This document shows, piece after piece, positions 13,358 through 26,707 of a stretch of DNA of 64,000 nucleotides (within the stretch, counting starts at the first letter, position 1; every line of letters starts with the position of its first letter). Source of the DNA: Fimicolochytrium jonesii (lineage: Eukaryota); assembly GCF_025526975.1 (NCBI RefSeq), contig NW_026515688.1:434001-498000 (forward strand), written 5' to 3'. The notes below the pieces were generated by a model, which was not told the origin of the DNA, searched no databases, and saw only the letters and a list, made by a program, of their open reading frames with translations. The translations under genes were made by a program, and so were the position numbers.

Positions 13358-13727
13358 CAACAACGAAAGAGGCACTGCCGCGAGACGGCCCAGATTCTCC
13401 TTGTCAACCGCTCCGTCAGACGGCTCCGCCGAAATGAGTGGGGATCCGTCGGTGTGTCTGTCCCTACTTTACAAAGTTTGGCGGGCCTCGGCGGCTTTTA
13501 AAGATCCCCCACCTTTATAAACTTTTTGACAAAACGATTAACTTTTGAACAAAACGCGCCCCAGAAGGAGATGCTGCAAATAAACAAGCCGAACCCATCT
13601 TCTTTTAGCCTCACTCCGGTTCAGGGGTGTGATGCTGCTCATAACGGGCCGCTTCAGAAGCTTCTGGTTGATGATTTAGTGTATCTCTGAATTCCTCGTT
13701 AACTTCTATCCTCTCGTTTGTTTCCAT

Positions 13728-16143
13728 CTATAGCTCTACTTTGCTCAATTCAAGAACATATTGCAATTCCTCCTCCTCGTTCCGAGGCACTCCCTCGAAT
13801 CCAGCGCTGCTACTAGGTAACCTATTCGCAACCTGCACGTTCCCATGCGAACTCCTCCTTCGCGTCGCTTCCACGTCGTATCCGGTCATGAGCTGCTCCC
13901 AGCGCCCTTCATGACGCCCATGCGAGCTAGACGATCCGGCGCTTGAACCGTACACTAAGCCGTGACTACTTGGCCGATGTAGAGATGGGGCAGGGAACTC
14001 CTCCCATTCATTGTCGACTCCTTGGTAGGCCTGCCAAGCTGTGCCTTCGGAGAAGGCAAGATCCTCCTCATCTCGGGTCGATGAAGAGTGGTCTGGGCGA
14101 ATGTCGAGTACACTCCTTTCTAAAGCCTCCATCAGATCGTCCTCGTACAAAGCCGGGGCAGACATCAAGTGTGAATCTTGCAAGCTGACTCTCATCGCGT
14201 GCTCAAAGAGCTCCTCCTCGGAGAGCTGCGCTCCAAATGCAGCGGTGCCGTTCAGTTTGTTGGCGCGTCGGGTCAAACGATCCGCCACTTCTCGATCATG
14301 ATCCCGCGCCAAGCGGTCTTCCTCCACCTCTGTCCGAATCTCGTGACGTTGATACGAATGCATCATGTTGCGTTCGGCCCTCACGTTGGCCTGCCTGTTC
14401 CCACCAGTGGCAAAGATCTTCTTTCTCTTCCCCTTCCCTGACGTTGCAGAACCAGAGTACGTTCCAAAGTCCCAACACTTGATGTGATCACCGCTGCCCA
14501 CAATCACTTGGTGGTGTTGTATAAATATACATCGCACACCTCGCCGATTCTGCCCCTGCACCACAGTTGCGGGCCCTTCGTTTCCATCACGGGCGCGTCT
14601 CACAGCCAGTGTCCGGATGCATTGCCCCGTCAGCAAGTCGTGACACTTCACACTGCCATCTGCTCCTCCAGAAACCAATTTGAACGGATCGAGTCGGACT
14701 TGCGTTATTCCGCTACGATGGGCATTGATGGCCCGGAACGGTTTGACAACATTGACCGGACCTTCCTTATCCCACGTGGGTCGTCTGGGGAAGGCCCAGA
14801 TGCATACCGTACCCGAGGAATCCCCTGAAGCTAGAAGCACCCGATCGTTCCCGCTCGTGATTGATGTAGAACCAGGCAAATCGAAGGAGCCGGCCGTTAT
14901 CGGTGCTGAGTGACCTCCTGTGAGAATATCCATGGCTTGGCCCGTTTGCAAGTCCCACCGACATATGTCGCCCACAACACCTGTGGACGCCATCACTGTG
15001 AGGGTAGACTCAACCTGGTCATGTAGCATTGCCACCACGGGACCGACGACCGATCGATCCTTCTGAGGGAGCAGACGCGCGGTTCCAAAAGTCACTGCAT
15101 CAGCTTGATTCGAAGGTGACGCTGCACTCTGAGCGTCGAAAGCCCAAATGGTTACGTCGCCGTCGGCATTTCCAGCCACTACCCCGTGTTTCTTATCATA
15201 AACTATATGTGTGATTCCAGATGTGCCGATTCCTGAAACCTCTCGATATGAGCACTCTGCAAAGACCATCTAATTGCTGATGAGATAGATGCCGTACCTT
15301 TGAAAGTGTAACGACACGTCATCGTCCGCATATCCCACAGCTTGACAGATGCATCGGTACTTCCACTCAGAAATAGGTGCGGAACATTTGGTATCCACGA
15401 CAAGCAGGTGACAGGCCCGGTGTGCGGGCCAGGCATCGATTGCACCCCATAATTTGCCCTATCCTTGAAATCCATTATGATCGATACGCTTCCGGTGAGG
15501 CTCCCAATCGCAAGTCGTCTTCGATCAAGCAACAGCGCGGAGACTCGTTGAGGTAATCTATCAGGATGGCAGTAGACGAATCCTTTCTCTACTCTGCCTG
15601 TGGAAGGATGGCAGAAGGCCACCATGCCCGTTTCGATTGATCCGCAGTACATGATTCCGTCCTCGTAATCGACAAAGAGCTCGTCAACGGTGCCGACTCG
15701 GGGATCGAATTGAACGATGTGTTTTCCGCGCTGGAAGCTCCTTAGCAATTGAACCCGCTTCATGTACTCTTTACGCCAGCTGCTTTCGCCCAGGCGTCTG
15801 TTGTGCGTATGTCGTGAGAAGCTGCACTAACAGCTAGGAAGCAGAAGGCGCTTACCTCAAAGGCAACCCTCCGAAAGTAACCAGGAAAGCCGATCGCCAA
15901 CAGGAGTCGTCCGATAAGATCCGCTTCCAGCGGCGACAGACGAGCATCGTCTGTCTGAGTTCATTGTGGTCTAGGTTCGCCAGTATGCTTATGAAAAGCT
16001 CGTCTGGTAGATCGTTGATGTGCCGACTACACTCGTATCAGGATCTCAGAAGCGACGGTCAGGAGACACTTCATACGCACATACCTCAAAGCCGGGGTGT
16101 CCCCTAGCCTCAGAACCCGCCGTTCGGCCCAAGCTGTTCCCAT
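13728..16143 (-). CDS. F-box/WD40 protein with C-terminal ubiquitin-interacting motifs (Pof10-like)
   Basis: Start MGTAWAERR...|RHINDLPDELFISILANL...LVCRRWKRILSDDSCWR (F-box), WD40 repeats (HTGPVTCLSW...SGSTDASVKLWD, AHRSGITQV), and UIM-like LSEEELFEHAMRVSL, EDDLMEALERS and EEEELQYVLELSKVE. Confidence 0.85.
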
Positions 16144-17006
16144 GTTGAAAGGCAACAAGTGCCAGGTTACAGTGAGAGCAACGGGGAGTGGAAACTGACT
16201 TGGAACTGACTGAATTGGGAACCAACTTCTGTTGAAGCTTCTGGACTTGCCCACGCGTCGCTCCAGGTGAACTCTGCTACGCTTCCCTTAAGGACCTCTA
16301 TCGTCACAGACCTCCTCATTTCACCCTCAACGAACTTCTGCGACGCCAATGCCAGTAAGAGCAGGACGGGTGGCCGCTGTCGGCCGTGCTGGAAACACGC
16401 GAGTCATTGCAAAACCAAAACCGGGTTCAGCGGTAGACATCGCGGGAAAGCTGGTAAGAGAGATGATCCATTTCCCGCTGAGAACGCATGGGCTAAAGCC
16501 ATACTTCTTCCACTGAACTTTCTTTCTCTTGTTGGTAGCTGCTCGACTGGGCAATCGTTCCCTTCCTCAATGGCTTTCTTTTCGGCGCTCTCAGCTCGGT
16601 GAAACGACGACTATGGGATGGACGACACGCGGCCCGACTCAGGAAGACGTCAAAGAGTGGAGTGGTGGCCGAGGTGGCGCGAGAGTCACTTTGAAGAATC
16701 GGCAGCCTGACCAGTTGCGACTGACTTCAAGCCTACAAGCGGAGGATCGCTTAGACCGGGATCGGCGTCCCGACAATCGAGGTTGTTTTTGGTGTTGACA
16801 TCGCACGAAGGCGACCTATCGCTCTTGTCGCATTCGAAGCAGCTTCAACATCACGGCGCACCGGGCCATTCGACTGCGCAAAATTTACGAATGCATGGAT
16901 GGGAGGTGCTATGTACATTGAAAACTGCCGGCGGGGGGGGGGTCTACATACCGGGATATGTGTATAGGTAGATCTAGACTTCTTACTGCGGTACTATCGA
17001 CTTAGC

Positions 17007-20000
17007 CTATGATTCTTGCACTGCGTGACGGGTGATAACCGAGTGCCCACTATAGAAGCATCAGAAAAGTGTCGATCGTCAAGTTAACAGCAGAATAGCA
17101 TTAACAATCAATCATACCGAAGGATATAACTTACTCTTCGTTTTTTGAAACACGCCAATAGTAGTCGGCATACTCAGATTTCCCCAGAAGGTGCATAAAT
17201 TCCTCGTCGTGGGTGATAATGATAAGCTGGAAGTTGCTTTGCTGGCGGCGGATTTTGATGATGCTGCAGGTAGGAAGCAAGTTAGCGACAGTCGAATTTG
17301 TCAATACGAGTAAACTTCCTTACTTGGCCAAGGATTCCGCTAGGCTCTCAATATTCTCTCTATCCAAATTCGTAGTGGGCTCATCAAGCGCCAAGATTCC
17401 ACAGTTCAAACCAAACGTCTCGGCCAAAGCCAGTCGGATGATCAAACTCGTCAAAACTTTCTGGCCAGCACTGCAGCGTCCTCTCATATCCAAGCCGATA
17501 TCTCCCTTCATCATCACAACCCGGTAGTTGTACGACTGGTTGCCTTTGACATTCTCATTGTCGGATCTGATTTCGATCGTGTCGATATCCGAGCCCTGAT
17601 AGGTGTTCACCCATAGCTCACGAATAATCTTGTTGATTTCTTCCATTTTCATCGAATGGTACTTCATAATGGCGTTGTCAAGGGCTTTTGCGTACTTTTC
17701 GAGGTCGTGATGGGCCATTTGCTCGGTTTTGAGTTCGATCAGTTGCAAACGATACTTTTCGTCAACGTTTTGGTAGTCAGTGTTGAGCTCTCGTTCGAGT
17801 CGTCGTAACTGTTCTTGCATCTGCTTCGACTCGCCGACCAGTCCAGCACGCTGTGTTCCGATGAGAATCATGACTCAGGTATTGCTGTGCGAGGAACTGA
17901 GCGAATATCCAGCCCTTGCTTACCTCGCCTACTAACTTCTCATGCTTCGCCCTCAGGCGTTTGTACTGGGTCTCAACCGAAGCCTGATCACACCGAGCAA
18001 GATCCTCATCGAACCCAGCGATCTTTTTATCCAGAGCAGCGCATTGGGCATGCAGTTGTCGAAACGTGATGTTGTCAGCGATATTACGTTGCAAATCATG
18101 GAATTTAGCTCCCTGATCTCTCATGAGTTGCAGTTTATCGTTGAATGAATCCACGTCTCCATTGGTAGACTTCAGCTCTGATTCGATAGCATCCAGCTTT
18201 TCCGTGCATCTCTGCAGACGTCCTCCTATGTCTTGATCCGCATATCTGTTCCGCAAGTGCCGGGCAGGACATGCAAGTCAGATGTCACGTACCCCATGAC
18301 ATTCTCAACAACTGCGACATACCTGCGGATTTCCCTGTGCACCAGCTCCAACCGCTGTTTTGCGCTTTCTAATGTCGAGAGCTTTGCCTCTAACCCCTGT
18401 TCCACATTGTCCATCTCTTGACGGGTTCGCGTAAGTTCTGCCTCTTTCTCCTTGATGATGGTGCGTTTATCAGACGCTTCTCGATCCGCTTCCTAGATAG
18501 ACAGTAAGCCGCGAATCCCGCGTTCGGAATGCTGCGCCATTGCCAACCTTCATTTGAACTTCGAACGCTTCGACCGCAGTTTTCAATTCTGCTATCGATG
18601 CTTGAACGGTCTTAAACTCTTGATGCTGGTGCCTCGCGTTTGAAAGCTGCTCGCGCACATCCCGAACGCTTCTATCCCGGATTTGGAGCTCGTTTTGTTT
18701 TCGCCTGCTCTCGCTATGAAGCCGGTCCATCTCCTTACGAAGGTCATGGCTTATGTATCATGTCAGCATTCCCATAACCACGTGTCGCATCGACTGATCA
18801 TTCAGCTCACCATTGGCTCTGCTTTTCTTCCACTTCCCGGCGAACATCCTCCATGAGCCTGGTTGAACCGGACATGCTCAGCTCCTTTTCAATCTGGGCG
18901 ATTTCTTGGTGGAGTTCGTCGATGTCCTTCTGATAGCGGGTCAACTCTTCCACCTTCTGTCGGAGACCCTCAGCTACGTGTTTCTCCATGCAGACGGCGG
19001 CAATCTCAGCGGCAATCTGCGAGATATATTCGCTGTTAGAACTGCAAACACAGGGCTAGCAGCCGAGGCGAGGGGGGGGGGGGGGGGGGGGGGGGGGCAC
19101 CTACATCTTCATGTTCCGTATTGATCCTTGCTCGCTGACTTTCGAAATCTTGTAGGCGCCGTCGAATTTCGGGTATCTCGACATTTTTCAAGCGTTCTGC
19201 ATCGTCCCAGTATTTGCGCACTTTGTACAGGGCATCGCGCTGCTTCTCGACTTGTTCCACATCGCCTTCGGCCGCCTTCGTCGCTTCAGGGACTTTGACA
19301 AGGATATTTTGCAACTACAGGAAGTGTGGATGATGTTAAGGCGGCAGTCTCCCAATTCAAGTAAAGAGGGCTCCGTACCCTTTTCAGAAACGCTTCGCCA
19401 GAGTTCCCATCAAAACCCCGGACGCAAAGCGGGCAACAGCCATTGTCTTGGAATTTGGCGATGTATTTGGAGTACATTTTCGTCGCACTTGTCATCGACG
19501 ACAGATTGCTACGACGAGCCATGGTCAGTGATGCATAAGGAAGAACAGACACCCATGGCATAGCTTACTCTCGCTTGTCGACGACAGCTTCTTCTATGCG
19601 TGCCAGAGCAGTGGGAAAGTCAATTTCTCCCGTCTCAGCCTTGACGCGCCTCAATCCATCTATCAATGTAACTGTGAGTAACTGCTCATGGAACGTGGGA
19701 GTCGGCCATAAGCTCACCTTCTAAATCGGAGGTTTTCTTCTGCAGATTGCTCCTGAATGTCGCAATCTGCGTGTCCAGAGAAGCAAGATCCCGGCTTTTC
19801 TTGTCAAGCTTATCCTGGAGCTGTCTTTCTGTTGTTTGCTTCGTTCTATGGAAAATTCGTCAGAGGACCGTGACTTCAAGTAATTGAGAAGATTCGGGGT
19901 TTGCCTACTGTAGTAGACGCATGACATCCAGTTCCATGGTTCGAATGGGTGGCTCACGGCCCAACGCTTCCACGAGCTCAGGTTTTGCTGCCGTCAAACT

Positions 20001-22456
20001 GTAAGGGGATTCTTAGACACCAGGCCGCGTACATATAGCGGTTGCTGCTCACTAACATCCTGTTATAAGCATCTTCCTTCCTCTCCTTTTCCCGTTTCTT
20101 CAACGCCAGGCGTACGCGAATGTCAGCTTGCATGTTCAACGCGGCCATTTCCTCTTGGGCCCTTTGTAAAGCGAATTCGCGCTCTCGGAGTTCCTGCGTC
20201 AGCTGTTGTAATTTCGCCTCGATATCGTTAGTTTCGTGCTTTTGTTGCGTCAGTTTGTAGATTGCTTCCTAAAGGCCGATGTGAGATTTCAGGGCCCAGA
20301 CTTGAAAAAGGCAAGACGGACGTATACCTCCTCTTCCAGTTTGCTCTCTAGGGCCGCAATCTGAGCTTCCGACGTATCCATCGAGTTGATCTTTTGCATC
20401 AACTCATTGATTTTCGATCTTCGAGCATCCTGTAAGCGCCGCCTACATCAGCAACCTTCTCTGTTGGACCTTCTTCCCCATGTGGAGTTACGCCTTACCC
20501 TTTCCCTCCGCGTCAACTCTTTGGATTTCTCAATGGACGCCAACTGTGTCTGATCATTCTGGACTACACGCCTCAGTGCACTTTCCTTTTCCCTATGGTC
20601 ACGCTTCAACAGTGTCAGTGGCATCTCTGAATAGTTGCGATCGGCTGAGTGAGTACCTTGACACTATCATACTGGGACTTCATCGCCTCCAGGTCCTGTT
20701 GCAGGTCCCGAGTGAACTTCTGTGTGTCGCTGGCGGAGAAGGGTCCGCTTTCGAACCCATGGTATGAAAGTTGATTACTCAATCGTATGATCTCTGCATC
20801 GAGTTCGCGGAGCTTTCCTTCATAAGCCTGGGATAAAACTTCCATGAGCTTCCGACGTGTGAGGTACGACTTCGTTCACCGATTCTTACGATTTGCGCGG
20901 CCTCAAAGCGACCGCGGTCAGTGAGCTCTTGGTTTTGCTCTCTCTGCAACTCGCTCAATCGTCTTTTGCGATCCGATATGTCCCGCTCTATGGCTTCCAT
21001 CTCTGTTTGCTGCGTGTGCAATGATTTTTCATATTCGGATAACAGTTGTCTCAGTTCGTCATCGGACTCTGCCAACGCGCACGTGAGTTGATGCTGGCAA
21101 GAGAAATGGAGCAGCGCAGATAGTACCTTCGAATTGCTGTAGATTTTCCTCCATCTCCTCCATGCGCTTTTGCCTCATTTCCCTCTCAGAGGTAGCCTGC
21201 CTTATTGCCAAACTGAGCTCCGCGGCTTTGTTGATCTCCTTTGACAGCGACTGCATTTGCTCTACAGCATGCGCTATCTCGCCGCCATCGAGAGATTCGA
21301 TTCGTTGTTGAGCTTTGGCAAACTTTTCTTGAACCATCGCAAATGCTTCTCGGACCTGCCCAACGTCCAAATCAGTGCGAACCTCTATGGAGCCACGGGA
21401 ACCAGCCCAAACCGCACCCGTTCTGCGCGTCCTTTGTCGGTTTTCAGGTGGACGACATTATTCTCTGCCAGTTTCAGCTTCGCTAACTGCTCCTTCCGGA
21501 GCTCCTTAATGTTCGCAAGAGCCTTCGTATATCTGAGACCAACGTCAGTAGGCGTTCCGAATAGAGTGTCGAATTCGCAGGGTTTCACCTTGTGGACGCA
21601 AAGATATCGTCAAACTTCTTCTTCAGAATGGATGGTTCAGCGAGCGGCCTGTCATTACAAGGTAAGCAACCTGCCAGCGTGCGTAATGATCGAATACGAA
21701 TGCTGTACCAGAAGGTGTCTTCCTGATGACAAAAGATGACACTCTCCAGAATAGCTTTGGACACCCCAAGTTGGAGAGGCACTTCGGTATCGAGCTCGGC
21801 ACATTTGGTGCTCAGACTATGCGACTGAGACCTGAGGTTAGTCTGCCTAGCTGTTTCGCTGTGCCGTCCTTCATCTTAACTCACTTCTCCCGTCTCCGGA
21901 TCCTTCGTCAACAGAAGACTTTCCAACGTCTTCTGCGTCACACCGGTCTTCTTTTGCACCAAAGACATCGACCGAGTGCACACCATCTCTCGCTGATTGA
22001 CATTTTTGAATCTCAATTTGATCTGCGCCTTGACTTCGGTTTCATGTGCAAGCTGTGCGTGCGAGAATATAAGTCGTGGCCTCTGTAAGAAAAGCCGCCG
22101 GCCTGAGCATAAACGATACCTTTGGGTCATGGATGAAGGCTCCATTTCGACTGTTAGGCGGCAGATCTCCAGTGGTTGCATATTTCAGGCATTCTATAAC
22201 GGTCTGTGAAAACGGATGAGGTTCGCCTCTCGGCAACCTGAGACTGACTATGCCGACCGACTCATACGGTTTTCCCCGCTCCATTGTGACCGAGAATAAT
22301 CGTCAAAGGGGTATAGAACTCGATGACGTTCTGTACATTGGGGTCGAAAGAGCGAATACCCCTGCGAGATCACATAACATTTAGGAACAGGGCAATGATC
22401 TCCGGGCTGAGCGAACGAAGCACCTGCCGTATCAAGAGTTTGTCAATTTGACTCAT
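17007..22456 (-). CDS. RAD50: DNA repair protein Rad50 (MRN/MRX), multi-exon
   Basis: [17 protein letters not shown], Walker [25 protein letters not shown], zinc hook CPLC, signature [12 protein letters not shown], Walker [12 protein letters not shown] and H-loop IIITHDEEF. Confidence 0.97.
19072..19097. repeat. 26-nt G homopolymer (poly-C on the transcribed strand) inside a RAD50 intron
   Basis: The run of 26 G lies just inside the GTAGGT donor at about 19103 on the minus strand. Confidence 0.9.
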
Positions 22457-22767
22457 ATTGAATTCTGGATTTCCCTTGAGGACGAGGGTCAAAGGAGCTC
22501 ACTCGACTATCTCCCCCCAATCTCAGAGGTGCGACTGCTTCAGAGTGCTTGGCTGGAAGAAGCAATTCCGGCCAAGTCGACAGTTGAGGAACGCGAGAGG
22601 GGATAAATGGCTTGGGACTCGGAGAGACGCGTGTTTTGGGACGCCGGAAATCAACTTGCCGATCCTCTAATCGTCAAAACCCCCAAATACTAGCGCTTCT
22701 TCTCGGTGGGAGGAGCATATGTACTTCATCGGGGTATAGTATAAATCTTCAACGAAGCAGGGCAGTC

Positions 22768-23743
22768 ATGATATCCCTCCACTCGCACTCGGGGCAGTTC
22801 TGCTGCCACGCCAAAGGCACTCTAGAGGACGTCGTCCTAGCTGCCATAGAGCGGGGGTTCACAACACTCGGATTGTCGGAGCACGTCCCCAGGTCGCGTC
22901 AACAGGACATATACCCCGATGAAGTATGCTCCTCCCACCGAGAAGAAGCGCTAGTATTCCACATCTGACCACCGCTCTTTCTAACAGGCAGGACTCACGC
23001 CCTCAGACCTGTCCCTAACTTTTGACAACTACCTGGTGGAAGCTCGACGACTGCAACAGAAATACTCGTCAAGAATCCCCTTGCTTGTTGGAGCAGAGAC
23101 GGAGCTTATTCACTCCACGACTTTGAAAGAACTAGACGAGCTGCAGTCACGGCACAAGCTGGACTATCTAGTGGGATCCGTCCACCATGTCCAAGGCTAC
23201 CCGCTAGATTACGATTCGGAAGGATACGCAGTTGCGGAAGCCGCTGTCGGAGGGACCGAAGCGCTGTTTCTCGATTACTTCAACGCTCAATACGAACTAT
23301 TAAGTCATGTCAAACCCGCTGTGGTTGGACACTTTGACCTCGTGAGGATATTCAGGCCAGACCATGTCTTGAGCGACGATATCTGGGCAAAGATCAAACG
23401 GAATGTTTTGAAGATTGTTGAATACGGCGGTCTGGTGGAGATCAACTCGCGGGCATGGAAGAAAGGGTTGAAGGATGCGTATCCTCAGCGAGATATCTTG
23501 CGTTACATGATATCTGCTGGGGCAAAATTCACGCTGTCGGACGACAGCCATGGACCGAACGACATTGGAATGTACTACGATAGACTGTATGCATACGTGA
23601 AGGAGATGGGGTTGCACGAGGTCTTCTACCTTGCGCTGGATGGAGAGGGACAAGTTCGCCTTGAATCTATCAAAACGGCGAACTTGCAAACCGTCACAGC
23701 AGGAACCGGCGACCCATTGGCCAACCTTATGTCTGACTCCTGA
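22768..23743 (+). CDS. HIS2: Histidinol-phosphatase, PHP family, 2 exons
   Basis: MISLHSHSGQFCCHAKG, GLSEHVPR, LVGAETE, DYLVGSVHHV, VVGHFDLVR, VEINS and FTLSDDSH. It is divergent from RAD50. Confidence 0.93.
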
Positions 23744-24014
23744 TCAGAGGGCTCGTCAAGAAGCCTCGCTGGGATAAAGGTGCATACCAGCCTTTTTGCT
23801 TTCTCACTAAGGCGGGTTATACTCGAAATTTTCCAGAGGATGCATGGACGAGAAGCGTATTATAATTAGCTGGCTCCCGTTTTGAGAGCGGTTGAGGATG
23901 TGAGGGATGGCTGTATAGATATCTACATGAGCGTGGTTCCTAAACGGTTGGGGAACAATCTATAGATGTGCTTGAAGTGACAGAACCCGAAGGTCCGAGG
24001 GACGATCGGCAGCG

Positions 24015-26243
24015 CTACCTCTCAGCAGCAAACCGAGTCACGTTCAATGCAACCGTCGACGGAACCAAACCATGCTCACAAAGCAATGCAGTGATGAAGT
24101 GAGCAGGCGTGACGTCGTAGTGAAGGTTGAGTAGCTTCAGCGGATCTATAGATCGCCATGTAGCTAGGGTGCTGTTGTTCTCTCCAGCTTTGGACGAATC
24201 GAGTATCGAGGAATGTAGAGGGTAATCGGACGGCGCTCGGTTGGAGTTATCGGCCAGTTCATTTGGGTTGCCTACGAGCTCATGTCAGACAGACACTCAA
24301 GTATTGAATATAGACCGTCGTTGCTCTTGCTCACCAATTTCATTCCAAGTGAACGAGTCAAGTCTCGTCTCATCCAAAAACTTGTAGCTTTCACAGAGGA
24401 CGATGACAGGAACCTGTCGCTCCTTTGCCGCATTGCAAACCACAGCGGTTCCTACGCGAGATAGAATCGCACCGTTGGCAAGGACGGCGCTTGCTCCAAT
24501 GATCACCTTCGAGACCTGAAACAAGCAGATGGGACAAGGGCTCAGTGCTTTGAAAGGGATAGGAACACAGTCTCGACTATCCTTACCTCAGGCATTAACA
24601 TTGGAACAGCTGTACATGTCGCATAACCACAGTTGATTCCGGCTTTGACCAGCGATTTCAGCATTTCCTTCCCTATTCGACATGAGCTTTAGTTTAAAAC
24701 TGCCGTAAGAGCGTAAGAGCCGTATCCAGCAAAAACCGTACCCTCTAGTTTCGGCCGACCATCGGCTACAATCACTTTGAAGTTTCGGCCGTACATGTGG
24801 GCATACAGAAGCGTGTTGAGAACCGTGGATGACCTGTTCGCAACGCCAAAGGAGTGAGCAGCCGTGTCTGGAGCAATGTTGTCTGAACAAAATCCCATCT
24901 CACCGGCCATATGTTAAGATCACGTCTCCGTCTTGAATCTTATCCGTGTCAACAGCTTCATGGGCGATATATGCGCCGGCTGTTTCTATCCTTTCTTTTT
25001 GGAAGGTGTCGATGAATTGAAAGAGTCGCTCTTTTGCCTAAATTGCATGTGTGAGATCCGAGAGCCTGACATGCTGATCTACTCATCAGACAGTAATAAT
25101 GATTCGTACGTTCTCATCCGTGGCATCCACGGGAATCACCGAGATCTCCTTCTTCAGTTCCCTGATGGCCGTCTTCATGCTGGCTGCCAAAGTTCGTGTG
25201 TTGCTCAGGAGATCCACCTGTTTGCTGATGACGGAGGGCAAATGCCGCGGGAGAGAGTTGCCCGGAGGTGTAGAGTAATCGGCAATGACCTGTCACATAT
25301 GGGTATAAGCTACAGGCCGATAGGTCTGGCATCAGATTGCGATAAACTCACCTTCTTGAATGCCTCAAGCATGGCCAGACACCGGGCGTTCCCACCAGCA
25401 ATTGTGAAGTTCTGATACTTCAACCCAAGCGACAGCACCAGCGCATGGATATTCTCCTGTTTCTTCAATCGGGCCTGCATGTTGTCGTGCTTCTCGTATT
25501 GCGGAAGGTGAGAGAACAGACCAACGGGCTTTTGGGCGAGCTGTCGGTCAACCGATTGCTGTTTCTGGACTTTCAAGCGTTTCTTCGGGTCGTCCAATCG
25601 TAGGCTTGTTGCTACTCGTAGGGTGTTGGCAGTCGGTGACTGCTGTTTTATGTCCGGAACGTTGCTTTGCGCGTGATGCGCTGAAAACCCGGCTTTAGCG
25701 GCATTGCCCGGCTGCTTCGGTGCACCTTTCTTCGATGCAGCTCCCCCTCCGGCTAGTTTCGCAGCCTCCTTCTCTGCTCGTTGGCGTTCCTGCAGTTCTC
25801 GCCGTTCGGCTTTGGTCATTTCCTTCTGCGACCTTCGCCCTGCGTTCTGCGAGGCACCGGGATGAGCTTTTGATGCAGACGCGTTGCCACCGATTTGTGC
25901 TGAAAGTGCTGATACGGAGGGGACGGTGCCTGTAGACGAACTGTTGCGAAACAATTGGGAAGACATTCGGTCACCTTCCTGCACAATGAGGTATATGAAT
26001 CGACGTGGATAACAAGGCCTACCCCGCTCCGTCATCTGTCTGTGCCTGTATAGATGCTTGCCTGCTCCTAGGAGTCTTAGTAAGTGTCTCTCTCTGAAAC
26101 GGTAAACGGGGTGTGAGTACCAGATCATAGAGGGTTCCCGTCTGGTAATGGACACTCACCTCTGTCTCTACTGTGAAGCCTACAGTGACAGACCGTGGAG
26201 CTGACCCCGAGTTGCGGAGTATACTTTCTGACGGCGACGACAT
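24015..26243 (-). CDS. GCD2: Translation initiation factor eIF2B delta subunit, multi-exon
   Basis: KEMTKAERRELQERQRAEK, LFSHLPQY, IAGGNARCLAMLEAFKK, VILTYG, VIIGASAVLANGAILSRVGTA, VLCESYKF..RLDSFTWNE and LLNLHYDVTP. Confidence 0.92.
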
Positions 26244-26707
26244 GGTTGACAGCTATCAGACCCTATATGAGGTTGTGGGTTCAAAGTTCCTGATGCTGCA
26301 GGTGGAAGTGTGAGCGAGAGCTCGTGGCTTTTGGACTTCTTGAGCGGGAGGTGATTTCGAAGACGCGCATGCGTCGAGTGAGTCTTACACAAAGTCAGCG
26401 GACATGCAACTGACAAGTTTGCCACCCGCCGTGCACATAGACCATCACCGACGACAGGACACGACACACACCCCCGCTCATAAACTTTTGGGTTGTCTTG
26501 ACCAGGTTCGACTCGCTATGTGCAACGGTCTTCATATTCCTCTACCCCTTTTCCGTTTGGACCTGTCCGGTACCTGAAAACCGATGCAAATCTTATCCTG
26601 CTAGTTCTTTCCGCCAGTGTCAATCCCCGCCGATGCGACAATGGGAGCATGAATATATATACATTACGCAGAGAACAGATTGTATTCCAAATTCAGAGTA
26701 TTACAAT

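Noticed and set aside
19036..19124. Polyproline or polyglycine peptides in the ORF track
   Set aside because: They are translations of the intronic G26 run, not coding sequence.
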